Part shown: positions 1-11,193 of the stretch, one piece after another
Layout of the letters: every line of letters starts with the position of its first letter
Numbering within the stretch: position 1 is the first letter of the stretch
Origin: an uncultured Trueperaceae bacterium
Lineage (GTDB): Bacteria > Deinococcota > Deinococci > Deinococcales > Trueperaceae
Assembly: GCA_963799485.1 (NCBI GenBank)
Contig: CAWCXJ010000011.1
Span: 1-19,185, forward strand
Reading direction: 5' to 3'
DNA length: 19,185 nt
Translations under genes and position numbers: made by a program
The notes under the pieces: model-generated
What the model saw: the letters and a program-made list of their open reading frames with translations, nothing else
The model's database searches: none
What the model was told of the DNA's origin: nothing

Positions 1-1
1 T

Positions 2-651
2 TGTGAACACTGGAACGCCCACCTGTTAGCGACCAAACTCATCGAACTGGCGATTGTCACAACGGTATCAAGCGAGACTGTTCGAACCAGGCTAAAAAAA
101 ACAAACTCAAACCTTGGTTGAAAGAGCAATGGTGTATAGCTCCAAAGCAGAGTGCTGAGTTTGTTTGTGCGATGGAAGATGTGCTTGCGGTGTATCACCG
201 ACCCCATGACCCCAAACGTCCGCTGGTATGTTTCGACGAGGGCACAAAACAGTTGACCAAAGAAATGCGTTTAGCTTTACCGACTCGACCTGGCGAGATA
301 GCTAAATACGACTATGAATACGAACGTAACGGGACGGGCAACCTGTTTATGTTTTTCGCGCCTTTAGCGGCTTGGCGGCACGTCAAAGTCACAGAAAGAC
401 GCACCATGATCGATTTTGCACGGTGTATGCGTGACTTAGTTGACATCCATTTTCCCAAAGCCGAGAAGATTATTCTGGTTATGGACAACCTCAACACCCA
501 CAAACTCGCGTCGCTTTACAAAGCTTTTGAAGCTGCTGAAGCAAGACGTATCATCGAAAAGTTAGAACTTCACCACACGCCTAAACACGGTTCCTGGCTC
601 AATATGCGGGCAGGCCCGGAAGGTGCTGTTTTGCCCAAGACGGCAGAGATT
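2..651 (+). pseudogene. IS630 transposase, 5' part (orfA tail plus orfB joined by a -1 frameshift)
   Basis: DDE motifs CFDE and MDN are present. WLNM-AEI is split by 12 extra codons and then by an IS insertion after ATT 649-651. Confidence 0.9.
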
Positions 652-1544
652 AGACCTCCGGCGAAAGTCAAGGAACTTGCAAATCGTGGTTGTAGAGGGC
701 GGCGATAAGGTTAAGCCGAAGACCGAAACGACGTCTTCTATGGCGATAGGTTTCTTTGAGAAGCCGAAAGACTTTAAGCTTGCGAATGACGTGTTCGGCA
801 AGAATACGCTCTTTGGCTAGTACGCGATTATGGGTGTGCTGCTCACAGGTAAGAACTTTGCCGCGCCAACGCTTATGCGGTGTGCGGCTGTTGGGATGGA
901 ACTTAGCGACACCTTGAAAACCGCTATCTGAGAGCAGTTCAGTGTCATCGTGTAAAAGGTGAGCGCAGCGGCTCTGCTCAAGTAGCTTGAAGTCGTGTCG
1001 GCGTCCTTTGCCGTAAGCCGTGCATAAGATACGTCGGCTGCTCTTTTCGACGAATACCTGGCTCTTTTGCGTATGTCGCTTTTTCTTACCCGAGTAGTAA
1101 GCCCGTTGTTTTTTTGGGGCGTTCAACCGGTGACTCGGCAATGTCTACGACTACCACCTCTAGGGTAGGGTCGTCTCTCAAAGCTTTACGTCCCGGTAAC
1201 GAAAATTCACCCGACTTGATGAGTGCGTCTTCGACCCGCTCTATCGTTCGCCGCACGGTACTCTCGTCTACGCTCCAGTCTTCTGACAGATGAAAGTGTG
1301 TCCTATACTCTCGCCAGAACGACAAGGTGAGAACGAGTTGGTCTTCTAAGCCCAGTGACGGCGTTCGGCCTCGTTTCTTCTTTTGCGCCTCTCTTGTTCT
1401 AAGTACTTCTAGCATCTTTCTAAACGTCGCTTGTTTGACGCCGAGTTTGCGCTTGAACTTCTCAGCTGGTAATTCCAAACTTCGTACCGTTTGCGCTCGC
1501 ATCTCTACAGTCTCGCATCTTTAAGCTACTTTCGCCGGAAGTCT
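652..1544 (-). mobile_element. IS5-family (ISL2/IS702-like) insertion sequence, apparently intact, 893 bp
   Basis: 17-bp terminal IRs: AGACCTCCGGCGAAAGT (652-668) and ACTTTCGCCGGAAGTCT (1528-1544), 16/17 match. A 3-bp ATT target duplication lies at 649-651 and 1545-1547. Confidence 0.93.
668..1502 (-). CDS. IS5/ISL2-group transposase expressed via a -1 frameshift (orfA 1086-1502, orfB to 668)
   Basis: orfA has an HTH region and VVVDIAESPVERPKK. The slippery A AAA AAC (T7 at 1109-1115 on +) leads into KQRAYYSGKKKRHTQK..DSGFQG..ERILAEHVIRKLKVF. Confidence 0.9.
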
Positions 1545-1733
1545 ATTGAACTCAGTGTGTTACAGCGGCAATGTCTCAAAGCGCGTATACCTCAGCAGCA
1601 GGCCTTGAACGACAGTCTCAATCTCTGGCAAACGGTTCGCAACACCTCCAAAGCTAAAGTGACCTGGCGCTTTACAACTGAGGACGCACGTATTAAGCTC
1701 CATAGTCTCTATCCGTCAATAGATGTTGGCTGA
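1545..1733 (+). pseudogene. IS630 transposase, 3' fragment
   Basis: IELSVLQRQCLKARIP..WRFTTEDARIKLHSLYPSI is the typical IS630 C-terminus and is contiguous with 643-651 once the IS5 is removed. Confidence 0.88.
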
Positions 1734-1851
1734 ACTACTAGACTTGAGTTTCACCTGCGTCATGCCTTTTTCTAGCAACTCAGCACATGAGATTGTCAAC
1801 AGAGCCTAGGCCCACTAGGGCTGGCCGAAGGTTGCCCGTTCTAGATGCGCT

Positions 1852-2363
1852 GATAGTCAGTCGGTCAAAGCCGGAAGCTCACATGGCAACGGTTTTGATG
1901 GAGCCAAAAGTGTCAACGGCAAGAAAAGACATCTGCTGGTAGACACGCTCGGGTTGGTGTTGTCTGTACTTGTGACCTCTGCCGACGTACCCGAACGTAA
2001 AGGTTTGTCACTGCTTCTGAATCAGGCTAGACCTCATTTGCCGAGGTTTCATCAGCTGTGGCTTGACCGGGGTTACAAAGGCGTTGCCTTCACCAACCGT
2101 GTCCTTTTGTGTTTCGGTATCGTACTCGAGATCGCTACCCGTCGTTACGAAAAAGGCTTCGGCTTACAGGCGCGCCGCTGGGTCGTGGCAAGGACTTTTG
2201 CCTGGTTGGGTAACTACCGCCGACTCAGCAAAGACTACGAAACTTTATCCGCCTCGAGCGAAGCCTTCATCTACCTCGCAAGCTGTGACCTCATCACTAA
2301 GCGCCTTGCTAGAACCAACCGCACCCCTTGGAGAAACCGCTGATCCTATTCCCAAACACCCTC
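1852..2363 (+). pseudogene. 5'-truncated IS5-family (IS1031-like) transposase with right IR
   Basis: In-frame from 1852: DSQSVK..GFDGAKSVNGKKRHLLVDTLG..LDRGY..RRWVVARTFAWLGNYRRLSKDYE, stop 2343. The right end TTCCCAAACACCCTC (to 2363) is followed by TAA. An upstream in-frame TAG lies at 1816. The catalytic E (VVERT) reads A. Confidence 0.85.
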
Positions 2364-3689
2364 TAAGCTATGTGTCACCACCGAGGCGGTTGCCTCACCT
2401 GTTTTCTCAGCCCAGCCAATCAGCCGCGCTGGACTCCAGTCGGCGTGGCGTCGGTGGGCTTTAGGCATGTGCTCGGTGAGCGTGGTGTATCTACCCTTGC
2501 TTCTCGCACCCAATAGGGCTCTGAGATGCGAGGCGATGCGCTTGCCCTGATAGAACACCTCGACGGTTGCCGAAGTGAGGCGCAGTTCTACCGATTGTTT
2601 GGCATGCTGATAGGGAACTGAGTAGTAGTGCCCTTCGACTTCAACGTGATAATCAATATTGACCTTGGCTTTCTTCCAGCTTGCCACCTCGAATCCAGTC
2701 GCTGGCAGCGGCTGCAACGCGGGTTTATCGAGGTCTTCAAAAGCACTCTGGCGGTTTCCGGGAAGCTTTTGAAAAGGCTTAGTATTCAGTTCAGTCAGCA
2801 GTTCTCGCACTGCTTCGTTGGCTTCTCGCAGGCTAAAGAAGGTGCGGTTGCGCAGCGGTGCTAAGATTTGCCTTTCGACAATCTGTACGCCTACCTCGGC
2901 TTTGGCTTTGTCTCTCGGTTTTCTAACCCTGGCGGGTACAACCGCTAAGCCATAATGTGCAGCAAATTCAGCGTAAGCAGGGTTCAGTTCGGGTTCATAG
3001 CGGCAAGCGCTTTTCACACCCGCTTTGAGGTTGGACGGCTTCGCCTCGGCGCAAAGCTGACCGGGCACGACGACTTTAGGGACGCCACCGAAAAACTCCA
3101 GGGCGCGGCGGTGCGATAACAGCCAGTCTTCGCTGCTTTGACTTTGCGTGACTTCGGCGTAGGTGTAGTTGCTTGCACCGAGCACGGCGACGAAGACCTG
3201 CGCCTCTTTCATCTCGCCGCTGGTAGGGTCGGTAATGGATAAGGTGACCCCGGCGTAATCGACGAATAGCTTTGCGCCAGCAATATGGAATTGGCGCATG
3301 GTAACGCTTTGTTTACCTAGCCAAGCTCGGTAGCGGATAGTAAAGGTGGAATACTCGTACCCCGTAGGATGTTGGGCTTTGTATTCCTGCCACAGCAAGA
3401 GCAGGGTGACGCCTTTACGTTGCTTTTCCTTGTGGACGTATTCCCAATCGGGTTCGGGACGCGCCGCTGCGCCTTTGACAGCGAACAATCTCGCCTCCAG
3501 CGCTGCGTCATTCCACTCTTCATTCAGCGGCCACGACAGCCCCGCTGCTTCGGCGCGGCGCAAGTAGTTACTCACGCTACCTTTGCTGAGGTTGCAGCTT
3601 TGGGCAATCTGCCGCTCGCTCAGCTCGCAGGCGTATCTCAGCCTTAGTATCTCTCGGACCTTCCTCATAGACGCTCGCTTTCTCGACAT
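2364..3689 (-). pseudogene. istA: IS21-family transposase IstA, 3'-truncated, second catalytic Asp replaced by a 30-bp insertion; istB absent
   Basis: N-terminal HTH, FVDYAG, VVVP[GQLCAEAKPS]NLK, PRDKAKAE, DYHVEVEGHYYSVP. The frame runs into the IS5 right end at 2363. Tandem TGGTCAA(A)TT end repeats at ~3741-3772 are cut off by IS1595. Confidence 0.9.
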
Positions 3690-3777
3690 GCCTTATCTTG
3701 CAAGCCATGTCTTTGGAGTGTCTCGCGTCGCTACGCTGAGGTGGTCAAATTCGTTAAAACGCTGGTCAATTTATGTA

Positions 3778-4796
3778 GGCTCTTAATGGATTCCAAGGAG
3801 GTAATGTAAAGCCGTTGCAACACGGGCAGAATCACCGTTAGACTCGACGAATGCTGAACATCCAGGTCTTGGTGGATGACGCCAAGTGTTTCGAGGAAGT
3901 GCGCAAGCTACGTTGGCCTGGTGGGGTGAAGTGCCCAAGCTGCGGGTCAGAGAGGATCATCAAGCGAGGCTTTCACAGCACCCAGCCGCATCGCCAACGC
4001 TACGTTTGTCAGGGAAGGTGCTGTGCTCGGTTCGACGATCTTACCGATACCGTCTTTGAAGGCCATCATCAGCCGCTGAAGGTATGGGTGCTGTGCCTGT
4101 ATTTCATGGGTCTGAATCTCTCCAATCGGCAGATTGCCAAAGAGCTAGATTTGAACGAGGATGATGTGCAGCAGATGACCAGCCAGCTTCGTGAGGGCGT
4201 GGTGGCGAAAAAAAGCCTGTCGAGCTATTAGGAACCGTAGAGTGCGATGAGGTGTATATCGTTGCGGGTCACAAGGGACAAGCTCAGGCGGTCAAGAACA
4301 AGGAGCGTCAGGGACGAAGGCGCAGACTCAAAGGAAGCCGCGGAAGAGGCACGCTCGAGAAGGAGAAGCCTCCTGTGCTAGGGATGCTGCAACGCAACGG
4401 TGAGGTAGTGATCAAGATGCTTGCCAACGTAAAGCAGAAGACTATCGCGCCATTCATCAAAAGCTTCATTTCCAGGGGCAGCCTTATCTACACTGACGAG
4501 TACTGCATCTATGACCGCTTGGAGCAGTGGGGATACGAGCACCAAGCCGTCAACCACTCTGCCGGTGAGTATGCCCGCAAGATGGCGATGGCTTTCATGA
4601 GGTGCATGTCAACAGCATTGAGGGCTTCTGGTCGCTACTGCGCTCTTGGCTTCGCCCCCATCGCGGCATCTCGCAAGAAAAGTTGCCACTCTATTTGGGC
4701 TTCTTCGAGTTCGTCCACAACGTTAGGAGCCGGGGTAGGGCACTATTACCGTCCCTCATTGAGGTTCTGGTAGCTCCTTGAAACGCAGGAAGAGCC
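3778..4796 (+). mobile_element. IS1595-family insertion sequence
   Basis: Imperfect 23-bp IRs: GGCTCTTAATGGATTCCAAGGAG (3778-3800) and CTCCTTGAAACGCAGGAAGAGCC (4774-4796), 18/23 match. No target duplication is visible. Confidence 0.88.
3851..4781 (+). pseudogene. IS1595 transposase (Zn ribbon, HTH, DDE) with a programmed -1 frameshift and an extra inactivating frameshift
   Basis: CPSC..C..C and an HTH are present. A7G (4208-4215) shifts into VECDEVY..YTDE. At 4579-4580 the frame breaks (YAR-aa-DGDGFHEVHVNSIEGFWSLLRSWLRPHRG), with the stop at 4779-4781. Confidence 0.85.
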
Positions 4797-5065
4797 AAGC
4801 CGTTATGCTTCATCTGAGTTCTCCTTTGTTTGCCTACGCACTAAACATTCTTCAGGGAGAACTCCTTTTTGCAAAATTGTCGTGTATTTAGCACAGCATC
4901 TCTAAAAACAACCTACCCTCACGCACCGAGTCGGCGCGTCACCGCCGGAAAATGTTCTGAAGAGCATAAGCCGCATCACCCGAGCTTATCCGCTCAGGAT
5001 ATGGCTCGAGCTGCAGTTTTAACTGCTTTTTGTGCAGCCTCACAGCCCGCAAAACACCGCCTGAA

Positions 5066-5105
5066 TGGTAGAATCGTGTGTTTAGAGCGCACAGTCGCTT
5101 GGAGG
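5066..5105 (+). promoter_or_regulatory. gyrA promoter: extended -10, 17-bp palindrome and RBS
   Basis: TGgTAGAAT 5066-5074, GTGTGTTTAGAGCGCAC 5076-5092 and GGAGG 5101-5105. Confidence 0.6.
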
Positions 5106-5110
5106 TCTTT

Positions 5111-7594
<2,484 letters not shown>

Positions 7595-7612
7595 CCGGTT
7601 TAGTGACGCTAA

Positions 7613-7659
7613 TGCGCGGACACCCTGTTGCGCGGACGCCTGCACAGGGTGTCCGCGCA
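7613..7659. repeat. Perfect 16-bp inverted repeat after gyrA (REP-like element or terminator)
   Basis: TGCGCGGACACCCTGT (7613-7628) and ACAGGGTGTCCGCGCA (7644-7659) enclose a 15-nt loop. Confidence 0.75.
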
Positions 7660-7892
7660 GTTTCATGGTATGTCAGGTAAAACCTTGCGCGGCGCGGCTG
7701 CGTAATTTTATACTTTACGGATACTTTTATCGCTGCTTTAGACCGGCAGCCCGTTTGGAAACCGCTCCGCTTTACCTTATGGTGCGGTTCTAAGGTCGTT
7801 TTTCCGTTGGCGCGTTGCTGCTAACTTGCGTTGGCGGTTCGGCGCGAGGCGCGTGAGACATTGCACGAAGCGACACGACAGGAGTTGACGAG

Positions 7893-8207
7893 ATGCTTAT
7901 CGGCGAAGCGGTACTTAAATCACCGGCGTTTAGTCCACGTCTTATGCTGCTCGTTCAGGACTTGAGAGCTGCCGGGTATACGGTGTGGCTCGAGGGTCTG
8001 CGCCTTCGTTTCGACCTAGACGCCGGAGCCGCGCCCGCCGACGTTGGAGAACTTATGAAACGTTACCGTGACGTAATCGAGTGGTTTCCGGGGCCGCGCG
8101 CCGAGTTTTCCGAGACCTCACCTCCGCGCCCACGGGTGCTCCAGCACAAAAAACGGTTGCGCGGCGCAAAAAACAGCGTAAAACTTTCACGACCTCCCAA
8201 CCCCTGA
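7893..8207 (+). CDS. Hypothetical protein (104 aa)
   Basis: AGGAG lies 8 nt before the ATG and the ORF fills the gap before the convergent SDR. No recognisable motif. Confidence 0.55.
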   Translation: MLIGEAVLKSPAFSPRLMLLVQDLRAAGYTVWLEGLRLRFDLDAGAAPADVGELMKRYRDVIEWFPGPRAEFSETSPPRPRVLQHKKRLRGAKNSVKLSRPPNP

Positions 8208-8221
8208 TCAACTGAAAATCT

Positions 8222-8932
8222 CTAAAGGTTCCAGCCGCCGGCGACCTCGAGCGTCACCCCCGTAACATAGGCGGCTTCAGCCGAAACGAGATACAAAACC
8301 GCGCTGCTTACCTCCGTCACTTTTCCGTTACGGCCTAGCGGAACGGCGCTGGCAGGTTGCGCGACGCTGTTTTCCATCACGCCGGGGCTGACGACGTTGA
8401 CAGTGATCTCGTCTTTCGCGTAGGTTTTGGCGAGCGCTTTGCTGTACAGGATCACGCCGGTTTTGGCAATGCTGTAGGGGGCGATACCGGGCCGGGCTTT
8501 AAGCAGTTCGGCCCCGGCAAACCCCAGGTTGATAATCCGGCCCCCCCCGGCGTTTTGCATCAGCGGCAACGCGGCGCGGCACAGATAAAAGGTGCAGTGC
8601 AGGTTCGAGTCGAACATCTCGTGCCAGGTTTCGACGCTCAGTTCGGCGAGCGGGCCCTGGTGGTAGTTGCCGACGTTGTTGACGAGCACATCAGGGCCGC
8701 CCATCTTGGCGTGAACGTTTTGAATGAGTCCTTCGGCTTCGGTCGCTTTGGTTACGTCGGCCTGAAAGGTATGGGCTTGAACCCCTGTAGTGCGGGCGCG
8801 GTCGGCGGTCTTTTCGGCTTCTTCGGCCGAAAAGCGGTAGTGAACCGCAACGTCGTAGCCGGCCCCGGCGAGTGCCAGCAAAATAGCTTGCCCGATGCCC
8901 TTGGCCGCGCCCGTAACGAGTGCTACAGGCAC
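8222..8932 (-). CDS. tmpR: SDR oxidoreductase, TmpR-like bifunctional dihydropteridine/dihydrofolate reductase
   Basis: VTGAAKGIG, VAVHY, LVNNVG, YSIAK (YxxxK) and C-terminal LEVAGGWNL, resembling Thermus TmpR from recall. GTG start at 8932 follows GGAGG. Confidence 0.75.
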   Translation of the reverse strand: MPVALVTGAAKGIGQAILLALAGAGYDVAVHYRFSAEEAEKTADRARTTGVQAHTFQADVTKATEAEGLIQNVHAKMGGPDVLVNNVGNYHQGPLAELSVETWHEMFDSNLHCTFYLCRAALPLMQNAGGGRIINLGFAGAELLKARPGIAPYSIAKTGVILYSKALAKTYAKDEITVNVVSPGVMENSVAQPASAVPLGRNGKVTEVSSAVLYLVSAEAAYVTGVTLEVAGGWNL

Positions 8933-9366
8933 CTGAGGTGTTCCTCCGGGGGCAAGTTGGCAAGGTAGAACTCGAGTAAAACGCGCGTCGGCGTGTTGAG
9001 GTCGAAGCTGAGCGCAGCTTCGGGCGTTACCCAAACGTGCGCCTGCGCTTCGCCGTTAAGCCTGACCTGTACGCCTCTTGTAAGGGCGATAAAATTGTGC
9101 AGGATAAAGTGCGCGTCCCTGTAAAACTCCGGGCTCTCTACCGCTTCTTGCACCGGCCCCTGATAGATATGGGTGAGAGTGAGTCCGGTCTCCTCGAGTA
9201 CCTCGCGTTTCAGGGCGTCCCTCAGGGTTTCGCCGTACTCGAGCTTGCCGCCCGGTACCCCCCACAAGTTGCGCCATTTGTGCGTTTGAATGAGCAAGAC
9301 GCGCCCGTCGGAACCCTGAATCAGCGCGCCGACCGTCGTCAAAGGGCATATTGAAGAGCGTTCCAT
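8923..9366 (-). CDS. NUDIX hydrolase (NudI-like)
   Basis: Nudix box GGKLEYGETLRDALKREVLEETGL. It overlaps the SDR start. TATGCT -10 lies 6 nt before the ATG. Confidence 0.9.
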   Translation of the reverse strand: MERSSICPLTTVGALIQGSDGRVLLIQTHKWRNLWGVPGGKLEYGETLRDALKREVLEETGLTLTHIYQGPVQEAVESPEFYRDAHFILHNFIALTRGVQVRLNGEAQAHVWVTPEAALSFDLNTPTRVLLEFYLANLPPEEHLRCL

Positions 9367-9466
9367 CCGTCCAGCATACGTGAGCCGACAGCGGACTTGG
9401 ACGCGCGGCTAGGGTTCTGGAGCGTTTTACGGTAAACTCTGCTTTAACTCGGCTAAGGAGGTGGTC

Positions 9467-10303
9467 TTGCACGCCTATACCGGCTCGTTTCGAACAGCTC
9501 AGGGCCCGACTCTGTTTACCCGTACCTATTTGCCGGACGGCACGGCGCGCGCAGCGGTTATCGTCGCGCACGGTTACGCCGAGCATTCGGGGCGTTACGA
9601 GGTGCTCGCCCGGAGACTGGTCGCTGAAGGGTACGCGGTCTACGCGCTCGACTACCGGGGGCATGGGCAGAGCGGCGGCAAAAGAGCGAGTGTGCAGGTG
9701 TTTCGTGAATATATCGACGACCTCATCCGCTTTATCGACCGGGTACGTGAGACCCGGCCCCACCCACCGCGCTTTTTGTTCGGTCACAGTATGGGCGGGC
9801 TTGTAGCCTTGCAGCTGGTGCTCGAGCACCCTGAAAAGGTCGAAGGTGTCGCCGTTACGGGGGCGCTGCTGGAAAACGCCGTGCAGGTACCGCGCCCGCT
9901 CGAGCAGGCTGCAGGAGTCGTCAGCCGTCTCGCGCCCGATTTGCCCGTGCAAGAACTCCGTGCTGAAGACGTCTCCCGCGACCCCGCCGTCGTCCAGGCG
10001 TATAAAGACGACCCGCTTATCTATCACGGCAAAGTCCGGGCGCGTCTAGGCTACGAACTCCTGCGCGCCGGGCCGTATGTGCTGGGCCGGGCGCACAACA
10101 TCGAACTGCCGATCTTGCTCCAGCACGGGACGGCAGACAAACTTGCGGCGGTCGCCGGCGTCGAGGCGCTCTTTAAGGCGCTGGGCTCGGCGGACAAAAC
10201 CCTCGAGCTTTACGACGGCGCGTATCACGAAATCTTAAACGATTACGGCAAAGAAGAGGTCATAGACGACCTCGTGGCTTGGTTTAACGCCCGCGTTGGT
10301 TGA
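9467..10303 (+). CDS. Alpha/beta hydrolase, lysophospholipase/monoglyceride lipase family
   Basis: HGYAEHSGRY, DYRGHGQS, GHSMG, HGTAD and YHEILND. AAGGAGGT RBS precedes TTG 9467 (alternative GTG 9461). Confidence 0.92.
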   Translation: MHAYTGSFRTAQGPTLFTRTYLPDGTARAAVIVAHGYAEHSGRYEVLARRLVAEGYAVYALDYRGHGQSGGKRASVQVFREYIDDLIRFIDRVRETRPHPPRFLFGHSMGGLVALQLVLEHPEKVEGVAVTGALLENAVQVPRPLEQAAGVVSRLAPDLPVQELRAEDVSRDPAVVQAYKDDPLIYHGKVRARLGYELLRAGPYVLGRAHNIELPILLQHGTADKLAAVAGVEALFKALGSADKTLELYDGAYHEILNDYGKEEVIDDLVAWFNARVG

Positions 10304-10310
10304 GCCGGAT

Positions 10311-11159
10311 TCAGGGCAATCCGGCAAAAAACCGCATCACTGCCGCCCCGGTTTCGTCGGGCCAGTTGTGCGGGTAGTAGCGCCCGCCGTAGGTGTAGTC
10401 TTGCGTGTGCGGACACCACAGCACCGGACTTTGAACCCTTTGCACCCCGGGCGCGCCGTAACGTTCGCAGTTCAGAGTGCGCGGTTCGACCGGTGTGGGC
10501 GGCCCGGTTAGTCCGTTCTGCGCCAAAAACTGGTCGCGAGCCGCCACCCCCAGTTCAAACGGGACGAGCCTGTCGTTCGGGTTGTGCAAAACCATCGCCG
10601 CCACCTGACCCTCACACGTCCCCGCTGCCGGCCCACCGCCGAGGCTGGCGACCGCCCGCAGTACCCCCGCCCGGTAACACCCGAGCGCGTTGACAAACGA
10701 ACCGCCTAAAGAGTGACCGACCGCGAAAATACGCTCGGTGTCGAGACAAATATCGGTGCTGAGCCGGTTTACGAGCGCGTCAAAGAGCGCAAAATCGCGC
10801 AGGGCGTCCGGGGCGTCGCCGGGGTTCCACCAGCCGAAGGTGCCGTCTTGTTGGGTCAGCGCGACCGGGTAGATAAACACAGTCGGGCCGAGCGTCTCTG
10901 AAGCGTGGGGCTCGAGGTCGTAGTAGCGCTGCACCTCAGCTGCCGGACTGGTACGCCCGTGAAACGCCAATACGAGCGCGTGCGGCGCGTCGGCGTCGTA
11001 AGGCTCGGGGAGGCTGACGATAAAGTCTCGTGCTTGCCCGCCAACGCGGATGGTTTGCAGCCCCGGTTGCAGGGAAGAGTCCGGGGCGTCGCAGCCACCC
11101 GAAGGCGCAGCGAGTGCGCCGCTTAACCAAAAAAAGAAGACCCAAAGGTAACGCTTCAT
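10311..11159 (-). CDS. Secreted alpha/beta hydrolase esterase (LpqC/PHB-depolymerase/feruloyl esterase-like)
   Basis: Signal peptide MKRYLWVFFFWLSGALA, LVLAFHG, GHSLG, HNPNDRLVP and PHNWP. Confidence 0.85.
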   Translation of the reverse strand: MKRYLWVFFFWLSGALAAPSGGCDAPDSSLQPGLQTIRVGGQARDFIVSLPEPYDADAPHALVLAFHGRTSPAAEVQRYYDLEPHASETLGPTVFIYPVALTQQDGTFGWWNPGDAPDALRDFALFDALVNRLSTDICLDTERIFAVGHSLGGSFVNALGCYRAGVLRAVASLGGGPAAGTCEGQVAAMVLHNPNDRLVPFELGVAARDQFLAQNGLTGPPTPVEPRTLNCERYGAPGVQRVQSPVLWCPHTQDYTYGGRYYPHNWPDETGAAVMRFFAGLP

Positions 11160-11193
11160 CAAGCCAGTCTAGCCTCAGCTGCCTCTCCAAAAC

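Larger units (their letters stand above)
1..1738 (+). mobile_element. IS630-family element (left end outside window), interrupted by a 36-bp insertion and an IS5-family element
   Basis: Frame 2 reads CEHWNAHLLATKLIELAIVTTVSSETVRTRLKK. It shifts -1 at A8 (94-101) into NKLKPW..CFDE..YEYERNG..MDNLNTH..HHTPKHGSWLNM. It resumes at 1545 (IELSVLQRQCL..WRFTTEDARIKL..LYP) to the stop at 1733. The element ends at ACTAC followed by a TA target (1739-1740). Confidence 0.9.

Noticed and set aside
611..623. SRP RNA (ffs) gene suggested by CAGGCCCGGAAGG
   Set aside because: The following AGCAG and the long flanking helix are absent, so only a 13-nt resemblance remains.
1741..1790. Minus-strand AELLEKGMTQ fragment resembling a transposase HTH
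   Set aside because: It is too short to assign.
5078..5110. Longer gyrA start at GTG 5078
   Set aside because: It lies at the predicted TSS/operator, and GGAGG supports TTG 5111.
8933..9034. N-terminal extension of the SDR
   Set aside because: It overlaps the NUDIX gene. The RBS and Rossmann motif support GTG 8932.
9056..10027. 323-aa minus-strand ORF
   Set aside because: It is antisense to the lysophospholipase, out of frame with NUDIX and has no domain signal.
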